Assembly: GCA_002385485.1 (NCBI GenBank)
Contig: DGDP01000096.1
Coordinates: forward strand, 569 to 62,899
Direction: 5' to 3'
Source of the DNA: Acetomicrobium sp. UBA3949
GTDB lineage: Bacteria; Synergistota; Synergistia; Synergistales; Acetomicrobiaceae
DNA: 62,331 nt
Position numbers and translations under genes: made by a program. Shown in pieces: positions 20,296 to 29,624 of the stretch (its first letter is position 1; every line of letters begins with the position of its first letter). The notes under the pieces are model-generated. The model saw only the letters and a list, made by a program, of their open reading frames with translations, was not told the origin of the DNA and searched no databases.

Positions 20296-21297
20296 CTACA
20301 GGATGAAGCCTACGGCACTTTTTACTTCTTCGATGGTCTTATCTGCCACATTCGAAGCTCTCTCGGCTCCCTCCCGCAAAATATCCATCATCTCAAGCCC
20401 ATGTTCTTCATAATATTTTCTTCTCTTCTGAATTGGTTCGAGTTTGAACCTGATCCATTCCATCAATACCTTTTTGCAATCTATGCAGCCAATCCCTGCA
20501 GATCGACATCCATAGGCAAGCTCTCTTTTTTTCTCCTCGTCCTGGGTGAATATTTTGTGCAAATGCCATACAGGGCATTTCTCTGGCTCTCCGGGATCCG
20601 ACCTTCTCATCCGAGCGGGGTCTGTCATCATAGTTCTGACTTTGTCCCACATCTCGTTTAGATCCTCTGAAATGAAAAGGGCATTATTGTAAGACTTGCT
20701 CATCTTTCTGCCATCAATGCCTGGGACTCGGGGCGTTGGGGTGAGCAATATCTCCGGCTCTGGGAATACCTCTTTAAAAGTACTATTGAATTTTCGCGCT
20801 AACTCTTTGGCAATTTCTAGATGTATTGATTGATCTTCGCCCACAGGGACTTTTGTTGCTTTGTATAACAATATATCGGCCGCCATTAACACCGGATACC
20901 CAAGAAATCCATAGGTTTGAAGGTCTTTGTCGGCAATGTTTTCGAGTTGTTCTTTATATATGGGGTTTCTCTCAAGCCTTCCAAGGGGAGCGATCATCGA
21001 TAGAGCAAGATGAAGCTCGGCATGGCCACTGACATGGGACTGTTGAAAGATCACCGCCTTTTCGGGATCTAAGCCGACGGCAAGCCAATCCAGGAGAATT
21101 TCCCGGCAATAATCTTTAATTTTTGAGCTGTTCATGTATTCCGACATCAAGGCATGCCAATCGACGATACAGTAATAGCACTCAAATTCGTCCTGAAGCT
21201 TCAACCAATTGGACAGGGCTCCCGCTAGATGGCCAAGATGCAATTTTCCGGTCGGACGCATGCCGCTGAACACGCATTCTTTCATTGTATGTATCAC
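20296..21297 (-). CDS. trpS: Tryptophan--tRNA ligase
   Basis: HLGH, YPVLMAADIL, VPVGEDQ and KMSKS motifs. Confidence 0.96.
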   Translation of the reverse strand: MIHTMKECVFSGMRPTGKLHLGHLAGALSNWLKLQDEFECYYCIVDWHALMSEYMNSSKIKDYCREILLDWLAVGLDPEKAVIFQQSHVSGHAELHLALSMIAPLGRLERNPIYKEQLENIADKDLQTYGFLGYPVLMAADILLYKATKVPVGEDQSIHLEIAKELARKFNSTFKEVFPEPEILLTPTPRVPGIDGRKMSKSYNNALFISEDLNEMWDKVRTMMTDPARMRRSDPGEPEKCPVWHLHKIFTQDEEKKRELAYGCRSAGIGCIDCKKVLMEWIRFKLEPIQKRRKYYEEHGLEMMDILREGAERASNVADKTIEEVKSAVGFIL

Positions 21298-21360
21298 CCC
21301 ATTATCAATATAATTCTCATGCCAATTTTATATATATATTACAAAGACATCGCCTGTATT

Positions 21361-22155
21361 TTATTCTATATAGATAATCTTTGGGTCATCGTAAGCTTTA
21401 ATCTCCGTCAGATCATATACCCTTATTTCCGGAAGTTGCTTTAATTTCTCCATAAACTTTGACAATCCGCCTCGCTCCATCTGTCCGTGATCGACGATTG
21501 CCAGGGTTAAATATCTCTGGGCCTCGGCTATTTGATGGTACTTCATATCAGCAGTTATATAAATATCAGCTCCTACATTAAAAGCATTCACCCAAAATTC
21601 GCCGCCCGATCCGCCACAGAGGGCGACTTTTTTAAACCTTTCCCCTTGCCCGTAAAAGGCTATCCAGGAAACATTCCAAGCCCTGGACATCAGCTCTGCC
21701 AATTCATCTTTTGAAACTTCGGCTTCAAAATGTCCCCATGCCCCCAGTCCAAAGGCGTTTTCTTGGAAATAGATCAATGGCTTATAGTCATGAATTTTAA
21801 GGGATTCAGTTAGTGTAACATTTATGCCATTATATGACATATCGAGATTTGTATGAGCTGAAATTACATTCATTCCATAATGTGCAGATTTGTAAAATAG
21901 AGAGGCGCTGTAGTTTGAAACATCCCACTTCTTCATTGGAGAAATGATGGGGGGATGGTGGGTAACAATTACATTGACGCCCAAATCGCGAGCTTTATCT
22001 ATGACCTCGTGCGTCAAATCCAAAGCAAGTGCCAGGCCATCGACCTTGCAAGACAGATCACCTATTACTAATCCCGAGTTATCCCACTCTTCCTGCACAT
22101 TGAAAGGAGCTATCTCGTCTATGGCTGCCAAAATGTCCTCAACGACATAGGGCAT
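21361..22155 (-). CDS. Nif3-like dinuclear metal center protein
   Basis: WDNSGL, THHP, HTNLD and DHGQME motifs; AAGGAG RBS before the ATG at 22155. Confidence 0.9.
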   Translation of the reverse strand: MPYVVEDILAAIDEIAPFNVQEEWDNSGLVIGDLSCKVDGLALALDLTHEVIDKARDLGVNVIVTHHPPIISPMKKWDVSNYSASLFYKSAHYGMNVISAHTNLDMSYNGINVTLTESLKIHDYKPLIYFQENAFGLGAWGHFEAEVSKDELAELMSRAWNVSWIAFYGQGERFKKVALCGGSGGEFWVNAFNVGADIYITADMKYHQIAEAQRYLTLAIVDHGQMERGGLSKFMEKLKQLPEIRVYDLTEIKAYDDPKIIYIE

Positions 22156-22192
22156 AAAAACATCTCCTTGCATAAGTGGTTGTAATTAACAG

Positions 22193-22219
22193 AAAAAGCC
22201 ACCTTTTCGGTGGCTTTTG
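22193..22219. terminator. Intrinsic terminator after tRNA-Ile2
   Basis: AAAAAGCCACC-TTTTC-GGTGGCTTTT. Confidence 0.75.
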
Positions 22220-22227
22220 TTGGCTTT

Positions 22228-22304
22228 TGGTGGGCCCACCTGGACTCGAACCAGGAACCTTCCGGTTATGAGCCGGTGGCTCTGACCTGTTGAGCTATGG
22301 GCCC
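22228..22304 (-). tRNA. tRNA-Ile2 (CAT anticodon, lysidine-modified)
   Basis: Full cloverleaf GGGCCCA...CT-CAT-AA...GGTTCGAGT...TGGGCCC-ACCA; lacks the fMet C1 mismatch and GGG/CCC anticodon stem. Ile2 versus Met is inferred. Confidence 0.9.
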
Positions 22305-22323
22305 AAACCCTTAAGCATTTATG

Positions 22324-22352
22324 ATTATAACTACGAGTTTCGTTTAGGGCAA
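22324..22352 (-). promoter_or_regulatory. Sigma70-type promoter of tRNA-Ile2
   Basis: TTGCCC-17 nt-TATAAT. Confidence 0.65.
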
Positions 22353-22383
22353 GTAGTAGGTCGTATTTTTTATCGAAATTTAC

Positions 22384-22566
22384 CTACTTTTCAACGGTTA
22401 TGCAGCTGACAGGACAGCTTTCTGCTGCTTCCATGGCACATTCAGCACCGCTGGGCTTCACCACCTTGGCTTTGCCTAGTTCTTCGTCCAGCTCGAAGAC
22501 CTCCGGACACACCTGGGAACAAACACCGCATCCAATACAGAGTTCCTGATCCAGTTCCACCTTCAT
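22384..22566 (-). CDS. Monocluster 4Fe-4S ferredoxin
   Basis: CIGCGVC..VCP...CPVSCI; AAGGGGG RBS before the ATG at 22566. Confidence 0.9.
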   Translation of the reverse strand: MKVELDQELCIGCGVCSQVCPEVFELDEELGKAKVVKPSGAECAMEAAESCPVSCITVEK

Positions 22567-22628
22567 GTAATTCCACCCCCTTTGGCACATACTATAGCAG
22601 TATTTTCGTTCTAATCAAATATTTTCGA

Positions 22629-23420
22629 TCACAAAACTCTCACTAACGGTTTCCCCAAATTTTTTTCCAGGACTAATAGCGCCTTATATTCTGTTATTGC
22701 TTTATTTTCAGGCAAAGCCGACACAATAAATATCCCTTTTCCCACCACAGCGGCATCGAACTCTCTTGTCATCATAATCATGCCCGCTATCGTGCTGCCT
22801 CCACGCATGAAATCGTCGATGACCAAAACTTTGGAACCTTTCTTTAAATTGCGAGTGCCCATGTACATGGTACGAACATCACCTGTACCTGAAGGAAAGT
22901 GAAGCGCCACAGCCGGACCATCGCTTGGTCTGTTTCTGAATCGACAAACAGCCAGGGGAAGACCTAAAGCTTGGGCAACGAATAAAGCTATGGGTATGCC
23001 CTTGACCTCAGAAGTCATCACTACATCGGCACCTGAATCGACGAACATGGAAGCCAAGGCCCAACCTAACCACTGTGCATAATAGGGATTAAATATGATA
23101 TCACTATAGTATATTAATCCTCCAGGCAGAAATCTCTCTTCTCTGGAAAGTTCTAAAGCAATCTCTTCGAGGAATTTTACTTTGTCCCTTTCGTTGAAGG
23201 AGGGGATTAAATATGCCCCTCCTCCTCTCCCTCTATCGATGATAATTCTGCTGCATCCTTCATCGTTCATTGCATTTGAGATGATCTCAACATCATCGCT
23301 TAACACGGTCTTTGATACCTCAAATTCTTTAGCAATATCGCTTAGAGAAAAGGATTGAGACGGATGTTTTGCCAACCTCCAAACGATCCTTGCAATGCGT
23401 TCCGGCCTGGAAATTTTCAT
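22629..23420 (-). CDS. purR: PurR-like repressor (Bacillus type, wHTH plus PRT domain)
   Basis: SKTVLSDD, LPGGLIY and VLVIDDFMRGGST motifs; follows ispE. Confidence 0.85.
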   Translation of the reverse strand: MKISRPERIARIVWRLAKHPSQSFSLSDIAKEFEVSKTVLSDDVEIISNAMNDEGCSRIIIDRGRGGGAYLIPSFNERDKVKFLEEIALELSREERFLPGGLIYYSDIIFNPYYAQWLGWALASMFVDSGADVVMTSEVKGIPIALFVAQALGLPLAVCRFRNRPSDGPAVALHFPSGTGDVRTMYMGTRNLKKGSKVLVIDDFMRGGSTIAGMIMMTREFDAAVVGKGIFIVSALPENKAITEYKALLVLEKNLGKPLVRVL

Positions 23421-23426
23421 GTCAGA

Positions 23427-24296
23427 TCACTCCAGCACAAAGGTTTTACAATCACATTCGAGCTTTGAGCTTACCAATTCCTGCGCTTTGATAGCCTCGT
23501 GCTTGTCTGTGAAAAGACAAAAAACGGATGAACCGCTCCCGCTTAAACCCCAAGCCAGGCTATTATTGAAAGTTGAATTGCATAGATCGAAAAATCCGTC
23601 GTAAAAGTCGCTTTTTTTTCTCAAAACCGTTACGAAGTCATTTGGCAAAAACCCGATCCTTCTTCTCTTTTCAAGGTCAGCATAGAGGTTTAAAGCTTCG
23701 TATATTGCAAATGAGACGGGCACTATCTCGGCTTCGCCCCTTTTCCTGCTTTCATCGAGCTCTCTATATGCTTCAGCAGTGGAAATTTTTATATTTGGTA
23801 TGGCAAGCAATGCATATATCCCTGTGAGGGGGTCCAAAAGTTTCAACCTTTCCCCAACGCCAGTAGCCAATGCCGTCTTCGTCTTCGAAAGAAAGAAGGG
23901 GATATCGGCACCAAGTGCAGCAAGTTCTGCAGGATCTAGAAATAAATCGTAAATTGTCGAAGCCCATTCTAATATGGCAGCTCCGTTCCCGCTTCCGGCA
24001 CCTATGCCGCTTCCAACGGGTAAAACTTTCCAGATGTTGCATTCTATTGGAGGCAACCTTACAGATTTAGACCTCAAAAATTCGATTGCCCTTGAAATAA
24101 TATTCGTCCCGGATATTCCAATATTATAGGAATTTACAATATCATCCCGATTTGTTCCATTTAACCTTCTAATAGCCAACCATTCGATTGGCCCAAGCTT
24201 ATGGAATAACGTAGAGATTTCATGATAGCCATCATCTCTGGGGACAAACACTCTTAAACTAAGGTTAATTTTTATATAGCTCGGTATATAGATCAA
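23427..24296 (-). CDS. ispE: 4-diphosphocytidyl-2C-methyl-D-erythritol kinase
   Basis: KINLSL, DGYHEI, PVGSGIGAGS, LGADIPFF and LSGSGS motifs. Confidence 0.9.
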   Translation of the reverse strand: MIYIPSYIKINLSLRVFVPRDDGYHEISTLFHKLGPIEWLAIRRLNGTNRDDIVNSYNIGISGTNIISRAIEFLRSKSVRLPPIECNIWKVLPVGSGIGAGSGNGAAILEWASTIYDLFLDPAELAALGADIPFFLSKTKTALATGVGERLKLLDPLTGIYALLAIPNIKISTAEAYRELDESRKRGEAEIVPVSFAIYEALNLYADLEKRRRIGFLPNDFVTVLRKKSDFYDGFFDLCNSTFNNSLAWGLSGSGSSVFCLFTDKHEAIKAQELVSSKLECDCKTFVLE

Positions 24297-24621
24297 TGTA
24301 CTACCTCCGATCTTTGTGTCGAAAATTGTCCACCCAATTTAAGGCTTATTATAAGCTCTTCGTATGCATTTTAGCCACTCCGATAAAAATAAGTACTTAT
24401 GTTCGAAATTATATTAGATATGTCCAATGATATCAAAGAGCATACAAAGGTCATTTAGTATATTGACGTTTCACCTACTATACCGCATCATTATTGTTTT
24501 TTATCATGCTTGCTCTGTTCCCCCTAGTGGGATAGAATAAATTAAGAAATTGTTTAAAATTATCTGTCAAGTTTTTTATTGCGTTATAGAATATGAATGT
24601 CGCTTTAGCTAAATATAATAA

Positions 24622-25500
24622 ATGCAGATGGGTGTGATGGGTATGCTCAAAATTAAAAAAGTGTTAAATAATAATGCCCTTATCGCAGAACACCCCACAT
24701 ATGAAGAGGTTATACTCCTGGGAAAGGGTATAGGTTTCAACAAAAAGGCAGGCGAAAGCATATCTAACGCTGATGCCGAAAAGCTGTTTGTCCTTAAAAA
24801 CCCTGAGGAACAGGAGCAATACCTTCAAATGCTAAAAGAAATTGATGAAAATTTTATCGGCATCATGAACGATGCTATATCTTTCATTGAAGACAAGCTT
24901 GGCACTTCATTAAATGAACACATTCATACCAGCCTTACCGATCATTTACATTTTGCCTTAAAACGCCTAAAAAACGGTGTGGAGATAAAAAATCCTTTCA
25001 GATTCGAAATTGAGCTGGCATATCCGCGAGAATACGCAGTTGCTGCGGAATTGACGGAATGGCTTGAGAAAGAACTCAGTGCAAACATTCCCGAAGATGA
25101 GGTAGGGTTTATAACGTTGCACATCCATAGCGCCATTTCAAAGGCAAGCATAGCTAATCTAACGAAAAGAACGCAAATCGTCTCCCAATTGATTGCTATT
25201 GCGGAGAACTCACTAAAAGTAACTTTAGATAGAAGTGATATAAATTATTCGCGCTTCATCAGACATCTTCATTTTGCTCTCGATCGAATAGAATCGGGAA
25301 AATATATGGAAAATGCGGAGTTCTTAAAAGATGTTTTACAGAAAGAATGTGCGCTTTGTTATTCCATTGCCTGGAAAATGATAAAATATATGCAGAAGCA
25401 ACTAAAGAAAAAAATTCCAGAGGCAGAATCAGTGTATTTGACATTGCATTTACAGAGATTGTACAATATAGCTCAGGCTGGAACCGCTGAAGTGTGTTAA
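24622..25500 (+). CDS. glcT: BglG/GlcT-family PRD transcriptional antiterminator
   Basis: CAT domain KIKKVLNNN...GKGIGF and four PRD His (LTDH, TLHIH, IRHL, TLHL); upstream of a RAT and ptsG. Confidence 0.88.
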   Translation: MQMGVMGMLKIKKVLNNNALIAEHPTYEEVILLGKGIGFNKKAGESISNADAEKLFVLKNPEEQEQYLQMLKEIDENFIGIMNDAISFIEDKLGTSLNEHIHTSLTDHLHFALKRLKNGVEIKNPFRFEIELAYPREYAVAAELTEWLEKELSANIPEDEVGFITLHIHSAISKASIANLTKRTQIVSQLIAIAENSLKVTLDRSDINYSRFIRHLHFALDRIESGKYMENAEFLKDVLQKECALCYSIAWKMIKYMQKQLKKKIPEAESVYLTLHLQRLYNIAQAGTAEVC

Positions 25501-25599
25501 AGCGCATTAGTTTCATTGCAGCCGGAGCTTTCATTGTTTCGTAATAAGTTACAGCGTAAATATGTAAATAAAATAATAGATAACTAATATACTCTTTTT

Positions 25600-25680
25600 G
25601 CGTGTTACTGTGTAAGCACAGGCATGAGCAAAGGAGTGTACGGTAGGTCGGTGCCGTATCTCTTTTGCTCATGCTTTTTT
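25600..25680 (+). promoter_or_regulatory. RAT (ribonucleic antiterminator) overlapping an intrinsic terminator in the ptsG leader
   Basis: GCGTGTTACTGTGTAAGCACAGGCATGAGC overlaps the stem GCATGAGCAAA...TTTGCTCATGC-TTTTTT. Confidence 0.85.
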
Positions 25681-25715
25681 AATGCTCTAATCCATAGGAC
25701 AGGAGGTTGTGGTAG

Positions 25716-27806
25716 GTGTTCAAAAAATCATTTGGACAATTGCAAAGAATAGGTCAATCGTTGATGTTGCCAGTGGCTATTTTGCCAGCGGCCGGATTGC
25801 TGCTTGCCATAGGTACCAGCATGAAAAGCCCAAACGTCGTAGCTCTCTTGCCTTTTTTGCAGAATAGCGCTTTTGTCGGCTTGGCATCGATGATGCAATC
25901 TGCGGGAGGCATAATTTTTGAAAACCTGGCTTTAATCTTTGCTTTGGGAGTCGCCGTAGGATTATCTGGCGGAGCAGGGGCTGCTGCTCTCGCAGCATCA
26001 GTAGGCTACCTGGTAATGAACGTCACTATGAGCGTGATGGGTGGAATATCGTTAGATAGCGTCATATCGCAGACAAATCCGGCCTATGCCCTGGTTTTGG
26101 GCATTCCCACCCTGCAGACTGGGGTATTCGGAGGTATCGTCGTCGGGGCTTTGGCAGCATGGTGTTATAACAGGTATTACACTATCGAGTTGCCGCCCTT
26201 TCTGGGCTTTTTCGCCGGCAAACGTTTTGTTCCTATTGTCACCGCTTTCAGCTCCTTTTTCCTTGGCATCTTAATGTTTTTTCTATGGCCTCACGTACAA
26301 GCGGGGATTAACGCCACATCGCAGTATTTAATGGGGTCAGCCTACCCTATTGCAGTGTTCTTCTTCGGGTTTGTAAAACGTTTGTTAATACCCTTCGGCC
26401 TTCACCACATCTGGCATGCTCCATTCTGGTTTGAGTTCGGTCAATACACAACCGCGGCAGGAAATATAGTGCGCGGAGACATGAATATTTTCTTTGCCCA
26501 GTTGCAAGATGGAGCAAGTTTAACGGCGGGGCATTTCATGGCCGGCGAGTTTCCCGTAATGATGTTCGGCCTTCCGGCAGCGGCCTTAGCCATGTACAGA
26601 TTGGCAAAACCGGAGAACAAGAAATGGGTCGGCAGCTTAATGGCTTCCGCGGCGCTCACGTCTTTCTTGACGGGAATTACGGAACCCATAGAATTTTCCT
26701 TCCTATTTCTGTCTCCTTTGCTCTTTTTATTCCACGCAATTTTAGACGGCATAGCCTTTGTGGCACTCTATTTTTTAGATATCAACATAGGCTATACTTT
26801 TTCCGGCGGAGCCATCGACTTTTTCTTATTTGGAGTGGTTCCCGGCCGTGAGCCCTGGTGGCTCGTTATTGCTGTTGGCGCTCTTTACGCGCTCCTCTAT
26901 TATTCTGTTTTTTCCTTTGCCATCAAAAAATTTGATCTGCCGACTCCCGGACGAGAAAAGTCCGAGGCCAAACTTAACGGGGCTTCTATCTCCCCCACCT
27001 CAACTCCAAAAAGGTCAGAAACTTTGCCCTACGACGTCCTGGAGGCCCTAGGCGGTCGAGAAAACTTAACTAAACTCGATGCCTGCATTACCCGATTGCG
27101 CGTTTCAGTTAAAGATGTTTCCAAGGTAAACAAAGAAAGCCTACGGGACTTGGGAGCTTCGGGAATTATGCAGGTAGACAAAAACCTTCAAATTATATTT
27201 GGGACCAAATCGGAAAAGATAAAAGAACAAATCGCAGACATCCTAAAGGGAGAAAGACCCGATATCTCTACTTCGAAAGACGAACAACTTGGAGAAGGAA
27301 GCAGCATTTCGGGCAAAGATATGATAATCGCAATGCCCATGACCGGAAAACTGATACCTATCTCCGAAGTGCCCGATAAGACCTTCTCAGAGAAAATCTT
27401 GGGTGACGGCTTCGCCATATTGCCGAAAGACGGCACCGTCGTATCTCCGGCAGACGGAAAAGTGGCTGTCTTCTTTCCCACTAAACATGCCATAGGAATT
27501 GTTGCAGACAACGGACTAGAGATGCTTATTCACGTAGGCATCGATACGGTAAAACTCAACGGAGAAGGTTTTGAGGCATTTGTTAAACAGGGAGACGTCG
27601 TCAAACGGGGACAGGTCCTCCTTAAAGCAAATCTGGAGTACATCTCTAAAAATGCACCCTCTACGATATCCCCGATAGTATTCACAAATTTAAGCTCCGA
27701 CGAAAGAATCGAGATAATCGAGGAAAGAGATGTGAAAATCGGGGAAACTGGTTGCGTGCGCATCATAAAGAGACAACCTGTACCTCGGGAAACGGTTAAC
27801 CTATAA
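25716..27806 (+). CDS. ptsG: PTS glucose-specific EIICBA
   Basis: LQRIGQSLMLPVA and GITEPIEF (EIIC), DACITRLR (EIIB), IHVGIDTV (EIIA); AGGAGG RBS. Confidence 0.92.
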   Translation: MFKKSFGQLQRIGQSLMLPVAILPAAGLLLAIGTSMKSPNVVALLPFLQNSAFVGLASMMQSAGGIIFENLALIFALGVAVGLSGGAGAAALAASVGYLVMNVTMSVMGGISLDSVISQTNPAYALVLGIPTLQTGVFGGIVVGALAAWCYNRYYTIELPPFLGFFAGKRFVPIVTAFSSFFLGILMFFLWPHVQAGINATSQYLMGSAYPIAVFFFGFVKRLLIPFGLHHIWHAPFWFEFGQYTTAAGNIVRGDMNIFFAQLQDGASLTAGHFMAGEFPVMMFGLPAAALAMYRLAKPENKKWVGSLMASAALTSFLTGITEPIEFSFLFLSPLLFLFHAILDGIAFVALYFLDINIGYTFSGGAIDFFLFGVVPGREPWWLVIAVGALYALLYYSVFSFAIKKFDLPTPGREKSEAKLNGASISPTSTPKRSETLPYDVLEALGGRENLTKLDACITRLRVSVKDVSKVNKESLRDLGASGIMQVDKNLQIIFGTKSEKIKEQIADILKGERPDISTSKDEQLGEGSSISGKDMIIAMPMTGKLIPISEVPDKTFSEKILGDGFAILPKDGTVVSPADGKVAVFFPTKHAIGIVADNGLEMLIHVGIDTVKLNGEGFEAFVKQGDVVKRGQVLLKANLEYISKNAPSTISPIVFTNLSSDERIEIIEERDVKIGETGCVRIIKRQPVPRETVNL

Positions 27807-27808
27807 GC

Positions 27809-27836
27809 AAAGAGGTCCCTTCCAGGGGCCTCTTTT
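27809..27836. terminator. Terminator between convergent ptsG and veg
   Basis: AAAGAGGTCCCT-TCC-AGGGGCCTCTTTT. Confidence 0.7.
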
Positions 27837-27864
27837 ATGTTTGCCTGCAATGCAGATTGTCATG

Positions 27865-28122
27865 CTATCTAGCCTTGTGGGGCATTCGATCATTGGATGA
27901 CAGAAATTCCAATTCCACGTCATGCGTTAGGAGATCGGAATAGCGAAAAGAGACAGTGCTGTTTTGGGCCTTTACATACAGAGTAAATATATTAGGATAG
28001 GTCTCCATGATAACACCTTCATGTTCCTCTGTCTTTCTCCTGCCCTTGGCCTGTCGATATCTAACGCGATCACCGATGTGGGAAGCCAGTTTTTCGCGTA
28101 TACCAAGCAACTTCTCAGACAC
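27865..28122 (-). CDS. veg: Veg family protein (DUF1021)
   Basis: GRRK...G.I.ETYPNIF...SFRYSDLLT motif. Confidence 0.88.
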   Translation of the reverse strand: MSEKLLGIREKLASHIGDRVRYRQAKGRRKTEEHEGVIMETYPNIFTLYVKAQNSTVSFRYSDLLTHDVELEFLSSNDRMPHKAR

Positions 28123-28219
28123 CGGACATCACTCCTTAAATGTCATTTGTACATATTTTACTACATATTTCTATAAAATACAAGCAAAATAAAATCCATA
28201 CATCAAATTATTAGTACAT

Positions 28220-28258
28220 AAAAAAACCACGGCCCCCAAGTTCGGCATTGGAGGCCGT
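28220..28258 (-). terminator. Probable terminator after the liv/YbhB genes
   Basis: Imperfect hairpin ACGGCC.CCAA...TTGG.GGCCGT with a T-run on the minus strand. Confidence 0.5.
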
Positions 28259-28288
28259 TGCAAGACCGCCGATCTTCAGAAGTTTCAA

Positions 28289-28840
28289 TTATTTCCTTTC
28301 GTACTTTCCAATCAATTCCCCATATGCCAAAATATGTCCTTTGATCGCCTTTTCCACGGCAAACTTATGAGCCCCACTTTTAAGGTTGAGGGAAGGTATA
28401 TCAAGGGCGTATACTTTGAAGTAGTACCGATGTGGTCCATGCCCCTTTGGAGGACAGGGGCCGCCATAGCCCAGCCGACCAAAATCATTTACGCCAGCAA
28501 CCCCTGGAGATTCGCCCTCTTCTATACCTCTTTTTTGGGGCTCTATATCGAAGAAAATTGCATGAGTAAAAGTTCCGCTAGGCGCATCCGGATCATCTGC
28601 TATCAATACTAGGCTTAGCGTGTTTTCCGGCACTCCCTCCCATGCAAGAGGTGGCATAATATCCTTTCCCTCACAGGTATATTTTGAAGGAATAAACTCT
28701 TCGTTATTGAAGGCCGGCGACGTCACTCTTATTTGCATTTCACACACCCCCGCCAAATAATCGCCTGTAGAATTTGCCATTAAATTACGTACTGGCCATA
28801 AAATTATTATACAACACAAAATACATAGTACTTTTTTCAC
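28289..28840 (-). CDS. YbhB/YbcL (PEBP/RKIP) family protein
   Basis: DDPDAP...TH and GYGGPCPP.GHGPHRY motifs; alternative start at 28738. Confidence 0.9.
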   Translation of the reverse strand: MKKVLCILCCIIILWPVRNLMANSTGDYLAGVCEMQIRVTSPAFNNEEFIPSKYTCEGKDIMPPLAWEGVPENTLSLVLIADDPDAPSGTFTHAIFFDIEPQKRGIEEGESPGVAGVNDFGRLGYGGPCPPKGHGPHRYYFKVYALDIPSLNLKSGAHKFAVEKAIKGHILAYGELIGKYERK

Positions 28841-28874
28841 GTTTTAATAGCCTCTTCCTCATTATTTTTAATTT

Positions 28875-29624
28875 TTACTCCTTTTTTGTCACCGCACTCC
28901 CGCCTAAATAGGCAGCTTTCACTCTTTCGTCACCGGCAAGTTCACTTGCAGGCCCTTCAATGCTTATCTTTCCCGTCTCGAGAATGTAGGCATAGTCCGA
29001 TTCGGCTAAGGCCTTTTTCGCGTTTTGTTCCACAAGTAAGATGGAGGTCCCGCTTTCCTCATGGATTTTTCTTATGGCATTAAAAATTTCCTTTACTAGA
29101 ATCGGGGCTAATCCCAAGGAAGGTTCATCTAACAAAAGTAAAGTCGGCTTCGCTATCAATCCTCTTCCTATGGCAAGCATTTGTTGCTCTCCCCCGGAAA
29201 GAGTGCCGGCAAGTTGGTTTTTTCTTTCGGCAAGGACAGGGAAAAGCTCGAAGATCCACTTTTTTGTCTCCTCAACTTCCTCGTCCAACAGCCGCTTTCT
29301 CGCTCCATAAGACCCCAGGTTAAGATTTTCTTCAACTGTCAGAGTCGGAAATACCCTTCTGCCCTCGGGAACATGCGAAATTCCTTGGAAGGCAAGATCA
29401 TGGGCGGAAAGAGAGGCCATTTCTTTCCCTTTATAGAAAATCTTTCCCTCTTTTAAAGGAACTATTTTGGAAATCGATTTGAGCATAGTAGATTTTCCCG
29501 CTCCATTGGCCCCTAGGACAGCTATTATCTGGCCTTCATTAAGTTTTATAGATACGCCTTTAAGAGCCGTCACGGCACCGTAGGACACTACCACGTCTTT
29601 TAAAACTAGAAGCTCTGACATCAC
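28875..29624 (-). CDS. livF: Branched-chain amino acid ABC transporter ATPase (LivF-like)
   Basis: GANGAGKS, VPEGRRVF, LSGGEQQMLAIGR and LDEPSLGLAP motifs. Confidence 0.88.
   Translation of the reverse strand: MMSELLVLKDVVVSYGAVTALKGVSIKLNEGQIIAVLGANGAGKSTMLKSISKIVPLKEGKIFYKGKEMASLSAHDLAFQGISHVPEGRRVFPTLTVEENLNLGSYGARKRLLDEEVEETKKWIFELFPVLAERKNQLAGTLSGGEQQMLAIGRGLIAKPTLLLLDEPSLGLAPILVKEIFNAIRKIHEESGTSILLVEQNAKKALAESDYAYILETGKISIEGPASELAGDERVKAAYLGGSAVTKKE

Noticed and set aside
24389-24400. Palindrome ATAAGTACTTAT and cre-like strings near glcT
   Set aside because: An AT-rich palindrome can arise by chance, and the cre-like strings do not fit the consensus spacing.
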